Source of the DNA: a virus
Length of the DNA: 64,000 nt
Virus record (IMG/VR): IMGVR_UViG_3300033233_000009
Location: 60,598 to 124,597 of that record
Direction: 5' to 3' (one strand)
Shown one piece after another: positions 28,391-38,669 of the stretch (its first letter is position 1; each line of letters starts with the position of its first letter). The position numbers and the translations under genes were made by a program. The notes under the pieces were generated by a model. That model worked only from the letters and a program-made list of their open reading frames with translations, was not told the DNA's origin and did no database searches.

Positions 28391-28786
28391 ATGCCTCGCC
28401 CGGCCCGGAGCTACGAGCGCGCCGCACTAAAGGCTGGCCTGCTCGCCGTGGACGCCGAGGGCAGGGTCTGGCGCCTGCGGCGCTTCGGCCGCCCCTGCGC
28501 GCCGTACCGGGCCGAGAGCCCGCGGGCCGACGGGTACCTCGCGGCGCCCCTGTCGCTGGCCGGGCGCCGCGTCCGGGTGCTCGCGCACCGGCTGGTGTTC
28601 GAGGCGCGCGTCGGCCGGATCCCCGGGGGCTGGGTTGTGCGCCACCGGAACGGCCAGCGCGCCGACAACCGCCCCGAGAACCTCGTGGCCGCACCGCATC
28701 CGGTGCCAGGGAAGCGTCGGACGCCGGCCAGCGTACAACCCGAACGGTTGGCCGGAGGCGAGCCTTCCGGCAGGATGACCCCATGA
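28391..28786 (+). CDS. HNH endonuclease (HNH_3)
   Basis: DGYL..LAHRLVF..GRIPGGWVVRHRNGQRADNRPENL. Confidence 0.8.
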   Translation: MPRPARSYERAALKAGLLAVDAEGRVWRLRRFGRPCAPYRAESPRADGYLAAPLSLAGRRVRVLAHRLVFEARVGRIPGGWVVRHRNGQRADNRPENLVAAPHPVPGKRRTPASVQPERLAGGEPSGRMTP

Positions 28787-29988
28787 GCACAGTCCTACGT
28801 CACGTCGGCTGGTGTCCCGTCTGCGAGGGCACGTTCAAGGTGCGGAACAAGCTGCTCGTGCACCACGGGTACGAGCGGCCCGGCCACGGGTACATCGTGG
28901 GCGACTGCTTCGGCGTGAACCGCCCGCCGCACGAGCTATCGCCGCGCACAGCCGAGGAGTACCTGTCCGACGCCGTGGTCCCCCGCATCCGCGCGGTCGA
29001 GAAGTCGATCCAGCACCTGGGGCCGCCCGGCGAACCGAAGGAACTGTTCTTCGATGAGTACGACCGGGTGAGCCGCCAGTACGTGCCGGTGATGAAGCGG
29101 CGCTCCGAGGTGAAGGACTACGACTGGACGAACCGGCTTCGGCGCATCCGCGAGCAGGCGGCCGACGAGCTTGCGTCGTGGCAAAAGGAAGCACGGCAAC
29201 TGGAAAAGCTGATCGCAGAGTGGCAGCCGCAGCCGCTGCGCACGGTCGAGGAGGAGGAGGCGGCGCACCGCGAGGTCAAGGCGGCGCAGCACTCCCGCGT
29301 CAGCGCCGACCGGGAGCAGCGCTCTGCGCACGCGCTCGTGAACCTCCAGCAGCAGATCGACCGGGCTGTGAAGAAGCGGGACGTGTACGACCTGACCGGC
29401 CTGTACGCCCGCGCCTGGGAGAAGGTTTCCGGCCCGCTCGGGCGAGAGGCCGAATTGACCCGCGATCAGGTGCTCAAGCTGGTGGACCGGGACGAGGTCT
29501 GGGGCGCCCTCGGCTTCATGCGCGGCCGGGAGTACCTCCCATGGCGGGAGGCCGAGGCCATGGACAAGTGGCGCACGGACATCGACTGGCCGGAGCCGCG
29601 CGCCGTCTCGCGGGAGACGCTCGCCCAGGTGAAGGCCGAACGCGCAGCCAAGAAACAGGCGAAGGAGCAGGCGTCTATCGACAGTGCGCACGCTCAGCAC
29701 GCAGCGCGGGTCGAGAAGGCTCTCCGTACCCGCAACATGAAAGCGTTGATGCAGGCGTTCCTGGGTGCGGAGCTTCCGTACGACCTCGGCCGCAAGCTCC
29801 CCGACCGTGGCCGCAGCCAGATGATTCCTCTGCTCGGCATGGACGACCTGTGGGCGTCCCTCGGCTGGGTTCACCCGGACGGGGCCTACTGGTCCACCAA
29901 GGACTTCGAGACAGCTATCGGAGTGCCCTACTACGACAACGACCGCTTCGACCCGACCGGGGTCTTCGAGTGGCCGGAAGGCTTCTGA
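28783..29988 (+). CDS. hypothetical protein with N-terminal Zn-binding motif
   Basis: GWCPVC..LVHHGYERPGHG..GDCFG; AGGA RBS. Confidence 0.7.
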   Translation: MSTVLRHVGWCPVCEGTFKVRNKLLVHHGYERPGHGYIVGDCFGVNRPPHELSPRTAEEYLSDAVVPRIRAVEKSIQHLGPPGEPKELFFDEYDRVSRQYVPVMKRRSEVKDYDWTNRLRRIREQAADELASWQKEARQLEKLIAEWQPQPLRTVEEEEAAHREVKAAQHSRVSADREQRSAHALVNLQQQIDRAVKKRDVYDLTGLYARAWEKVSGPLGREAELTRDQVLKLVDRDEVWGALGFMRGREYLPWREAEAMDKWRTDIDWPEPRAVSRETLAQVKAERAAKKQAKEQASIDSAHAQHAARVEKALRTRNMKALMQAFLGAELPYDLGRKLPDRGRSQMIPLLGMDDLWASLGWVHPDGAYWSTKDFETAIGVPYYDNDRFDPTGVFEWPEGF

Positions 29989-30734
29989 GCGCTGCCACTT
30001 GCGCCACCGCCGCCACTGGTGTACCTGACCGGAGTGACGCCCGTGACGGGCCTGGCCTACCTGGCGGCGCTGCCGCCGCCGTCGTGAATACAAGCGTACC
30101 CGCGAACGTCGTTCGGAGGAAGGACCACCGGAAGTGCAGCACCTGCCGCTAGTAGCCGACCTGTACGAGGAGAAGGAAGGGCAGCGCACGCTGCTCGGCT
30201 CGTACCCGGTCCACGTGCGGCGCCGGAGCCCCGGTTACCTGACTGCGGAGGTGCGCCACTCGTGTGGCTTTCTGCGCACGCTCATGGACCATCCGAAGCA
30301 CTGCTGGGTGGTGCGGCGCGGCGCGGCCGTACTGGAGACCCGGCCCGTGTCGTCGTACGTGCTCGGTGCGCCTCCGCCGGGCACGGCGCCCGACGCCACG
30401 CTGCAAGCCTGGCAGTTCGAGCAGATCGCGGTCTGGGCGTGGAACTCGACCGACGACGGATGGCGCGAGCGCTTCGGCGTCGAGGCATTGCAAGGACAGG
30501 AAGACCTCCCATGAGCGAGAAGCACTACACCATCAGGCAGGCGATCTTCGACGCCTTCGGGATCGTCGCGAAGGGACTGGAGGAGCCGAGGGACCTCGCC
30601 AGGCTGGCGCTGCTGCTGCGCACCGCGGGGCACTCGCTCACCCTGATGTGCAGGGGCTGGGCGTTCGAGGCGATCGAGAAGGCCGCCGAGGAGGCTGAAC
30701 GGCTGCTGCGCGAACCCGGGAGGGAGGACGTGCC

Positions 30735-31331
30735 ATGACCTGGATCGAGACGTTCAGCGGTAAGCGGTTCGACCTGCTGGAACCAACGCCCGAGCAGGTG
30801 GACCTGAAGGACATCGCCCACGCGCTCGCCCGGATCAACCGGTTCACGGGCCACACCACCGTTCCGTACTCGGTTGCAGAACACGCCATGCACGTCGAGT
30901 GGTGCGTCCGGGAGATCGGGAACGGCGACCCGCTCCTGAATGCGCTCGCGCTGCACCACGACGACGCGGAGGCGTACGTGGGGGACGTGTCGGCGCCGAT
31001 GAAGGCGGCGCTACGGGAGTCGGCGTACGACGGGCGCACGTGGTTCCACTCCATCGAGGATGGCGTGCAGGAGACCATCCTGAAGGCCCTGAGCCTGCCG
31101 GAACCGACGTCCGAGCAGGAGGCCATCATCAAGGAGGCCGACCTCTGGTGCCTGGCAGCCGAGCGCATGGTGCTCATGCCGAACACCGGCGAGCACGAGT
31201 GGTACCTGAAGGCGCAGGCGCCACCGGAGCTTGTCCAGCGGCTCCGAGAGCCGTACTGGCGCCACGCCCGGGTGGAGGAGATCGGGGCGCGGTTCTACGA
31301 CGCGGCCAAATCCCTGCTGGCCCAGCAGTGA
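30735..31331 (+). CDS. HD-domain phosphohydrolase (YfbR-like 5'-deoxynucleotidase)
   Basis: DIAHALARINRFTGH..YSVAEH..LHHDDAEAYVGDVSAPMK..KEAD. Confidence 0.85.
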   Translation: MTWIETFSGKRFDLLEPTPEQVDLKDIAHALARINRFTGHTTVPYSVAEHAMHVEWCVREIGNGDPLLNALALHHDDAEAYVGDVSAPMKAALRESAYDGRTWFHSIEDGVQETILKALSLPEPTSEQEAIIKEADLWCLAAERMVLMPNTGEHEWYLKAQAPPELVQRLREPYWRHARVEEIGARFYDAAKSLLAQQ

Positions 31332-31789
31332 GCGTCCCGCGGTGCCCCTCGAAGGCTGGGCACCGCCGCTGGACCTGCCCGTACTGCCGACGGCGGTTCG
31401 CGGCGCGGTCCCAGGAGGACCCGGAGCAGTTTGCGGCGCGCTGCGGCGCGCACCAGCGAAGCCGCCTCTGTGGCGCGCTCGACCTGGCTGACCGGCTGGG
31501 TGCGCGGGAGCTGGAGCGCCTGATCGGTCGCACCGGCGACTTCCTGGAAGGGCACGCGGCGCTGAAGGAAGCGGGTCTCGTCGAGACGCACCGTACACGC
31601 CTCGTCGAGCCCGACTCCCTGCGGCCCGAGCCGTGGGCGCCGATCTGGGCCATCGAGTACGAGCGGTACCTGCGGCGGAAGCCGCGGCGCCCGTTCAGTG
31701 AGCGCGTTGCCGAGCTACGGGCGGCGGCGGAGAGTCCCGAGAGCGTGGAGCGGGCCCGTGCGTTTCTCGCGCTCGTTGACAAGGGCTGA
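31328..31789 (+). CDS. Zn-finger hypothetical protein
   Basis: WTCPYCRRRF..H..C. Confidence 0.5.
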   Translation: MSVPRCPSKAGHRRWTCPYCRRRFAARSQEDPEQFAARCGAHQRSRLCGALDLADRLGARELERLIGRTGDFLEGHAALKEAGLVETHRTRLVEPDSLRPEPWAPIWAIEYERYLRRKPRRPFSERVAELRAAAESPESVERARAFLALVDKG

Positions 31790-31811
31790 CCCCTGTGGCA
31801 GCATCGGCAGC
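31776..31811 (+). promoter_or_regulatory. leaderless sigma70-type promoter
   Basis: TTGACA-N17-CAGCAT-cggcagc-ATG(31812). Confidence 0.6.
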
Positions 31812-33520
31812 ATGATGAAGACTGAGCAGCCCGACAGCCGCGACTGGATCCCCCCGGAGGATATGCGCCGCATCTTCGTGGCGCTCAAGTACGCGAGGGC
31901 TCACATGAGCATCGACGGTGACGGGCAAGCGGCGGCGATCGAGTGCCTGGCCGACGCCGTGGAAGACCTGGCGACCTACGTGGCCAACAGCAGAGGCAGC
32001 CGTGGCCTGTGATCGCATCGTCAGGTTTTCGGCGTACCCGAAGCCGAGCCGCGAGGACATCGCCAATCTGCTCCAGGATTACTTCGGGCTCGGCGGCGCA
32101 ACATCGATCAAGTGGAATACGGACCGGTTCGACGTGCTTATGGTCGGCAACTGCTCGTCGCCCCGGGCGCGCTACCGCGCGCGGCTCGGGCTCCCTGGCT
32201 CGGACCTGAAGATTATCGCGCGGCTCTCCTCGTACCGAGCGAACGGTGGCGTCACCGGTGTGTGTCGGACGTGCTCACGGACGAGGGCGAAGGAACTGTA
32301 CCCGCTCCCCGGGAAGGAGCCCGTCACGACGCGGACCAAGCGCGCGAGGAGTGCCGACGGGTTCGTTCGCGGGCTGCACAAGAAGGCGGTTTTGCTGCGC
32401 ATGCAGGGACGGGAGCGAGAGGGCCTTTTGCGGGACGCGCTGGAGCGTCTGCGTCACAATCGCGGCCCGTGGACGGAGCGCTACGACATTGCGAGCCGCG
32501 CACTCGCGGAGACGGCGCCAAAGGCGAGTAACCCCGAACCCACCACCGGTGCAACCGTGAAGCAGTACACCATCGTGGTCTGCGCGCCCCGAGTCGTGAC
32601 CACCTACGCTCGCACCTGGGACGGCTACGTTGCGCTCCAGCTCTGGTGGACGACATGACCGCGTTCTTCCGCTACCTGTTCGGCCTCCTGATCCCGCGCG
32701 GTTGGGGGCACTGATGGCTGCACCCACCGTTGCTGTCTCGGCAGTGATCCTCGACGCGCTGCGACGGCGCGCGACAGAGGCGCGGTGGGAGCTGGGCCGG
32801 CTTCTGCTCGACCTGCTGCGCGCCGGGGCGGAGACGGTCCGGTTCGACGATGTGCGCGTAGCGGACGCCGTAGCCTCGGTCAGGGAGGCCGAGGCGGCGG
32901 TGACCGAAGCGGAGAGCGCGGCTGCCGAGCTGGAGCGGCTGCGGCAGGAGAACGCCGTGCTGCGCGGCGAGCTGGACGGGTTCCTGCCCCCGATGGACGG
33001 CCGCGGCACGACGGCGTCCGGGGAGGCGCTCCAGACCAACGCGGCGCTCCGCTCGCTCGTCGCCGCGTGGCAGCCGGTCGTGCGGGCAGCCGATGCGTGG
33101 CAGGGGGCCGGTGGGGGAGACCGAGCTGCCGAGGCGAAGCTGTTGGAAGCCCTGTACGGGCTCACCGACGCGCAGCGGGAGGCGGCCCGGTGATCGGCAG
33201 CGTTCTGGGCGCGGTCGCGGCCATGGTGCTCGTGGTCGGCATCCGGGCAGCGGTCTACTACCCGTTCTGGAAGCGGCACCAATCGGAGCGGCACCATGAC
33301 TGAAAGCGCCGGCACCGGCCCGGACGTGACCACGCTCCGGGCGGCCATCGCGAAGGCCGACGCGCTGATCGCGCACTACCACCAGGGCATCACGCTCGCG
33401 CAGAGCCTGAAGCGGACGCTCGTGCTACGTCTGCTCCACGCGCAGTTCCAGAACCTCACCGTGTTCGAGCAGAACAAGCTGCTGCGTGGCTACGGGCTCG
33501 AACCGTGAAAGGGCTGTAGG

Positions 33521-33871
33521 ATGGCGACATCGAAGAAGCGAATCAGGCGACGGCGGAGCGAGTCGGAGGTGTCCGTGGCCATCAACGAGCGTGTCCACTC
33601 GCTGGAGGACGCCGTGTTTGCAGCGATGGACGCCGTCGAGCGTCACGCCGGGCTGCGCGCGGCAACGGAGATCGTGCCCGTTGCGCTGACCATGTTCGCG
33701 GCGCAGATCGCCTGGCACGAGACGCTGGCCACCGAGGAGGACTTCGTGAACGAGGCGCGGCGCTGCTTTCAGAAGATCGCGATCGCGCACGCGGGCTGCC
33801 GGCGCAGGACGCAAGGCCAGCCCGCGCACGGGGCGCCGGTGCACGGGGCACGGCGGGACGATCTGAATTGA
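33521..33871 (+). CDS. hypothetical protein
   Basis: ORF with coding bias. Confidence 0.55.
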   Translation: MATSKKRIRRRRSESEVSVAINERVHSLEDAVFAAMDAVERHAGLRAATEIVPVALTMFAAQIAWHETLATEEDFVNEARRCFQKIAIAHAGCRRRTQGQPAHGAPVHGARRDDLN

Positions 33872-34217
33872 GCGTGGCCGCACTGCGCGAGGAGTTGCAG
33901 CGCGAGCAGGTCGTCTGGGCGCTCGGATCCATGCGCCCTGTGAAGGACTGGGAGCGCTGGGGCCTGGCCAAGGCGGCACTGGAGGCGCACCTGCCACCCG
34001 GCACGCCGATGCGGCTCCCGCTCGGGCTCATGCCGGACTGGTACCGCCAGACGTTCGCCGACCCGACGCAGATTGATGGCCGCGTCGCGCTGATCGAGGC
34101 GAACTCGGCGGTGGTGACGGTGATCACTGCCACGCACTGGAACGGCGGCACGAGGTACTCGGTCGAGTCCGTCGCCTTCCTCGACGCGGTGCTGGCAGGC
34201 CAGGTAGGGGACGCCTC

Positions 34218-34544
34218 GTGACGCTCGCTTCCCTGAAAGAGGACAGCGAGTACGAGCTGATCGTGCGGACGCTGGCGGCCGGAACCACCGTGCGCGTATG
34301 GGGCTGGTTGAACGAAAGCATCGCGCGGCACGTGCCGAGCGGCACGCGCGTTCTGCTGGACGCTCCGGTGGTGCCGATCCTGCTCCGCGACCTGTCGCCC
34401 GAGCCACAGGGCCAGGTCGCCACGGTGCTCGATTGGGATGCGTACAACGTCCGGTTGCTGTTCAGCGACGGCCAGCAGGTCTGGATGCCGACCGAGCGCT
34501 TTATCGACGCGGTGTTCGACGGCACGGCAAGGGACGCCTCGTGA
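34218..34544 (+). CDS. hypothetical protein flanked by 21-nt direct repeats
   Basis: GGGACGCCTCGTGACGCTCGC at 34208 and 34531. Confidence 0.55.
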   Translation: MTLASLKEDSEYELIVRTLAAGTTVRVWGWLNESIARHVPSGTRVLLDAPVVPILLRDLSPEPQGQVATVLDWDAYNVRLLFSDGQQVWMPTERFIDAVFDGTARDAS

Positions 34545-34837
34545 CGCTCGCGGAGATTCGCGCGGAGGTCGAGCGGCACCTGGCGGTGTCGGCCCTCTCG
34601 GGCGCGAGCCGGGCGGTGAGCGAGGGGACGGCCCAGCGCGTCCTGGCGGCCCTGCTGCGCGCACACCTGCGGCCGCGGTGCACCCTGCTTTGGTACGGCG
34701 AGCCCTGGCTGCTGGAGCGGTTCGAGCACGGCGACCTGATCTTCCACCGCCCCCGGAGCGTGATCCGTCTCGATCGACTTCCTGACGGCGCTCCGGCGGG
34801 GCGGCGTGCGGGACGACCCGGCCGGCGCGGAAGCGCC

Positions 34838-34870
34838 CGTAACGTGACGGTTGCTGCGCGTCACGTTACG
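34838..34870. repeat. perfect 12-9-12 inverted repeat
   Basis: CGTAACGTGACG-gttgctgcg-CGTCACGTTACG. Confidence 0.8.
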
Positions 34871-34956
34871 CCCGTCCGTTACGCCTTCGGTTGCAGCCAG
34901 GACGGAACGAAGGTTGCGCCGGGGGCTGCCTACGCTGCCAGTGCCGCCAGTGGCGT

Positions 34957-34972
34957 TGGCACGGCGGGTGCA
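34957..34972 (+). promoter_or_regulatory. sigma54 promoter
   Basis: TGGCACGGCGGGTGCA, 12 nt before ATG 34985. Confidence 0.65.
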
Positions 34973-34984
34973 GGCTGGGGGAGC

Positions 34985-35422
34985 ATGACGAACATGAAGC
35001 TGGCCGATGGCGAGTACCGGGTGCGAGAGACGACGCGGAACCCGCTCCCTGCGAGGGAGCACCGGAAGGAAGGCGGCTGGCTCCGCGCCGCCGTGTGGGA
35101 CCGTGGACTGCAAATCACGGTCAAGGATGGCCGACTGAGCGGCTACCCCGGCCACGGTCGGCACCCGCCGCCGCTCACCGCTGCGCAGCAACGACTGGTC
35201 TGTCAGGCAATCACCCCGATGCTGACGCCGTGGGCGCCAAGCGTGCCGAGTGAACTTCACGAGCTTCCCTACCAGGGCGCAAGTCGGGTTCTCGATGCCC
35301 TCGCACTCGCGGGGAAGATCACGCTCGACGACGTGCGCGAGGCGTGCGCGGTCGTCAAGGCAGTGCGAGACATCGACGAGGTGTTCGAGGGCCTCCGCGC
35401 TCTGCACGGGGGTGCGTCGTGA
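34985..35422 (+). CDS. hypothetical protein
   Basis: GGGAG-ATG after the sigma54 site. Confidence 0.55.
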   Translation: MTNMKLADGEYRVRETTRNPLPAREHRKEGGWLRAAVWDRGLQITVKDGRLSGYPGHGRHPPPLTAAQQRLVCQAITPMLTPWAPSVPSELHELPYQGASRVLDALALAGKITLDDVREACAVVKAVRDIDEVFEGLRALHGGAS

Positions 35423-35876
35423 GCCGCGCCGTGGCGGGGCAGGCGCGCCGCAAGATGCGCGCGGCGGAGGCGTCCGAACGCGCCGAAGCGAAGGCGCTGG
35501 CAGCTTGCGCGGACGGCTGGGCGCCGTTCCCCGGCTCCGGCGTGCAGCTTGCGACGCTGCGCCGCCTGGAGGCGCGGGGACTGATCGAGTACCGCTCTGA
35601 GGTCACTGACGGGCGCATCACGGCCCGGTACCGGAAACTTGCCGCCGAGGCTGAAGGCACTGCGGGGCCGCTGAACGCGCCATGCTCGTCCGCCTGATGC
35701 CACGCACGGAATTCGTCATGCTGCACCCGACGACCGAGAACGCCGCGCTCTACCACTGGCGGCCCGTCGGCGAGACGGTGCGCGGCGCACGCACGACGTG
35801 GTGCTCGGGAGTGCGATGTGCCCGGCGGCGCAGGATCGCGCGCGGCGGGCGGGGCGGCTCGGTCACGTTTCGTGAC

Positions 35877-35892
35877 CGGCACGGCGGGTGCA
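35877..35892 (+). promoter_or_regulatory. sigma54 promoter
   Basis: CGGCACGGCGGGTGCA, preceded by the palindrome GGTCACG-ttt-CGTGACC. Confidence 0.55.
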
Positions 35893-36700
35893 GGTAGGAT
35901 GCTACAGAGGCAAGCCATGAAGCACACGCTGACGCAACCACAGGCCGCCGCGCTGCGCATCCTGGTGCAGGAGGGGAGCGTGCCCTACGGGTACGGGCGG
36001 TTCGGTCGCTCCATGGCACGACTGGTGCGCGAGGGCCTGGCCGTGGTGCGCGGCGCCACCGCCGAGCCGACCGCAGCGGGCATCGCTTGGGTCGAGCGCG
36101 CGCTCGCGAAGCGCATGGCGGAGGCGACGGCGGCGCACGGTACGCACCTGCCAAGCCACCTGCGCGGCGACTTCGACGAGAGCATTGCCGCGCTCGCGCG
36201 GGCGCATGATCGGCTGGCGGGCAGGGCGTCGTGAGCAAGGCGGCGAAAGCCTCGACCATGACGGACGAGCGTAGCCTGGTCTGGTGGCAAGCCGAGGCGC
36301 TCCGCCTGCAACGTGCCCTGGACGCGGTGCTGCCCCGCCCGCAGGTGTGCCTCCCGCTGCCGGAAGTGCCAGAGCCGACCAGCGGTGCGGCGCCGAGTCG
36401 CACCAATCGCTACGTGCGCCTGACCGCGCGGGAGCTGGCCACGCTGGAGCTGGTCTACGTGGAGCTACTCAGCGGCGGCCGGTTCGCGCGCGTGCTGCCC
36501 GCCTCGTACGACCCGCTGCCCGCCGACGAATCGGAGGTCGATGACTTCATCGCGCGGCGCACCGAGGAATGGCGCGAGGGGCTCGCGCGGCGGCTGGAGC
36601 GGATCTTCATGCGCCACGACCGGCGGGAGCGCGTCGTGCGCGCCCTGGAGGGCAAGCTGCTGCCCTACGATGACGACGACGACGATCCGGGGGAGACACC

Positions 36701-37069
36701 GTGAGCGCTCGCGATCCGCGCTCTCTCCCGCCGGGCGCCTTCGCGCTGTCCGCGGACGGCGAGTGGACGACCGCGCCGGGGTTCGGTGGGAAGCGCAAGC
36801 GCCCGCGCACCACGATCATCCATGTGAACCAGCACGTCATCCGTCGCAACGGAAAGACGGGCGAGCGGAACCCGACGCTGACCGTGAAGCAGGGGAAGCG
36901 GAACCGCTACGCGCAGAAGGTCATCATCGAGGGCCCCTCCCGCGTCGTCTACAGCCCGGACAAGCCGCTGAGCTGCGGCGCCAAGGTCTGGATCGCCACG
37001 GAGAGCCCGGTGACCCTCGTGGGCGAGCAGGCTGTGCCGGCGCGAGGGCGCCGCGTCTGCAAGACGTGA
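36701..37069 (+). CDS. conserved hypothetical phage protein
   Basis: IIHVNQHVIRRN..PTLTVK..GPSRVVYSPDKPLSCGAKVWIAT. Confidence 0.65.
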   Translation: MSARDPRSLPPGAFALSADGEWTTAPGFGGKRKRPRTTIIHVNQHVIRRNGKTGERNPTLTVKQGKRNRYAQKVIIEGPSRVVYSPDKPLSCGAKVWIATESPVTLVGEQAVPARGRRVCKT

Positions 37070-37138
37070 ATAGACCGCCCCCGCTTGCCGTCAGTCCTGC
37101 CAGCGGCTACACTGCCGCCAGCCCCAGGAAGGAACACC

Positions 37139-37876
37139 ATGGCCGAGGTCACCATTTCCATCGAACGTGCACGGGGGTGCGGGTACCGGAAACCAAGCAA
37201 GGGCGGCGTGGGCATCTACCTCGTCGCCGACGGGACCGAGGCGCCGTGCGGGCTGCTCCCCTACCCGCTGGAGGTCTGCCCGTGCTGCGGCGGCGGGATC
37301 AAGGCGACCCGCGGCTGGCAGTGGATCACGCCCCAACTGATGTTCGTTGGCGACGTGATGAGCGCGCTCGCTGGGACCGCGCGGGACTGCGAACGATCCA
37401 CGCAGATCCAGCGCTTCAAGGTGGACGGGCAGCGCCTGACGGGCTGCTCGCTGTGCCCGATCGGCACGCCGCCGCCCGGCCTGCACGGCCTTCTGTGGGT
37501 CGGCGAGAAGTTCTACGCGACGCCCGACGACTTCCAGCGCGAGGCGGGAGCGATGGGGGTCTCGCGCAAGATCAAGGCGGTCCCCCGCGGCTTCGTGCTC
37601 GGGGAGACGTGGGTGTTCCTGGCGCACCGGCGGAGCGTGCGGAACCCCGCGACGGGCGAGTGCGAGTTCGCTGGCGTCTTCACCGCGTTCAAGCCGCGGC
37701 AGGTCGATCTGGTGATCGCGGACGAGCACGACGTGCCGGAAGCGGCGGAGAACCTGGCGGAACGCCTCGGCGAGGGCGCGCGGATCGTCAAGGTCGTGCG
37801 CGACGTGGACGCGCAGCTCGACCTCGGCGCTCCCGCGGTTCCGGCCCCGGCGGCGCAGCCGACGGTGAGCCCGTGA
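37139..37876 (+). CDS. Cys-rich hypothetical phage protein
   Basis: AGGA RBS; RGCGYRK..GIYL..LLWVGEKFY..F..EA..MGVSRKI; TTGCCG-N17-TACACT promoter at 37085. Confidence 0.7.
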   Translation: MAEVTISIERARGCGYRKPSKGGVGIYLVADGTEAPCGLLPYPLEVCPCCGGGIKATRGWQWITPQLMFVGDVMSALAGTARDCERSTQIQRFKVDGQRLTGCSLCPIGTPPPGLHGLLWVGEKFYATPDDFQREAGAMGVSRKIKAVPRGFVLGETWVFLAHRRSVRNPATGECEFAGVFTAFKPRQVDLVIADEHDVPEAAENLAERLGEGARIVKVVRDVDAQLDLGAPAVPAPAAQPTVSP

Positions 37877-38669
37877 GCGGCCCGGCGCTAGTCCTGGTCA
37901 TCGGGTCGGACCGGGCGCCGCACGGGCTGTCCGCCCTGGAGGAGCGCCTGGGTGTCTGGGTCGAGTGGATCGAAGGGTCCACCCGGACCGTGGACCAGGC
38001 CGTGCGGCGGATCCGGTCCGCCTCGGTGGCCGGGCTGATCGTGCTCGACGGGTTCATGCCGCACCGCCTGTTCGGTGTGCTGCTGACGGCCAGTCGGGAA
38101 GCCGGCGTGCCCCTGGCCTACGCCGGGCGGGGCGGCAAGGCGGCGCTGGCTGCCGCGGGGCGGGCCCTGGCTGCCGCCCTGGCCGCGCGGCGCGGGGCAT
38201 GACGGCAGCGCGTCGCCGGACGGCGGCGGGCGCGTCCTGGCGCCACCGGGGACCGCTCGTGGTCCCGGAGCCGGCCGCTCCCTGGCCGACCACCTACCTG
38301 GCCCGGCTCGACGCCCTGGCCGCGCAGCAGGATGCCCTTCAGGCCCGCCTGCGGCCCCTGCGCGACGCAGCGCGTGCCTTCCACGTGCTCGGCGCTCTCG
38401 GGCCTGGCGAGGGAATCGAGGTGCAGGCCCGCTGGCCCCTGCCGGCGGGCGCCGTCCTCGTCGTCCGGGCGGGCTACAAGCTGCACACCGACGTCGGCGC
38501 CATCGGTGCGGGCGTGGTGCCGCAACCCGATCCCCTGGTGTGCCTGGCGTCGGCCCTGCACAGCCCCGCGCTGTGGGCCGAGGCGATGGGCGTCTTCCGC
38601 GAGGCCGCAGCCTGGGCTGCCGAGCAGGCAGCGATCTACGCCGTACCCGAGTAGACTCTCGCGGAGAGC

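Noticed and set aside
32002-32658. ORF 31918..32658 as one functional gene
   Set aside because: Reads as a patchwork of unrelated fragments with no coherent motif; left unannotated
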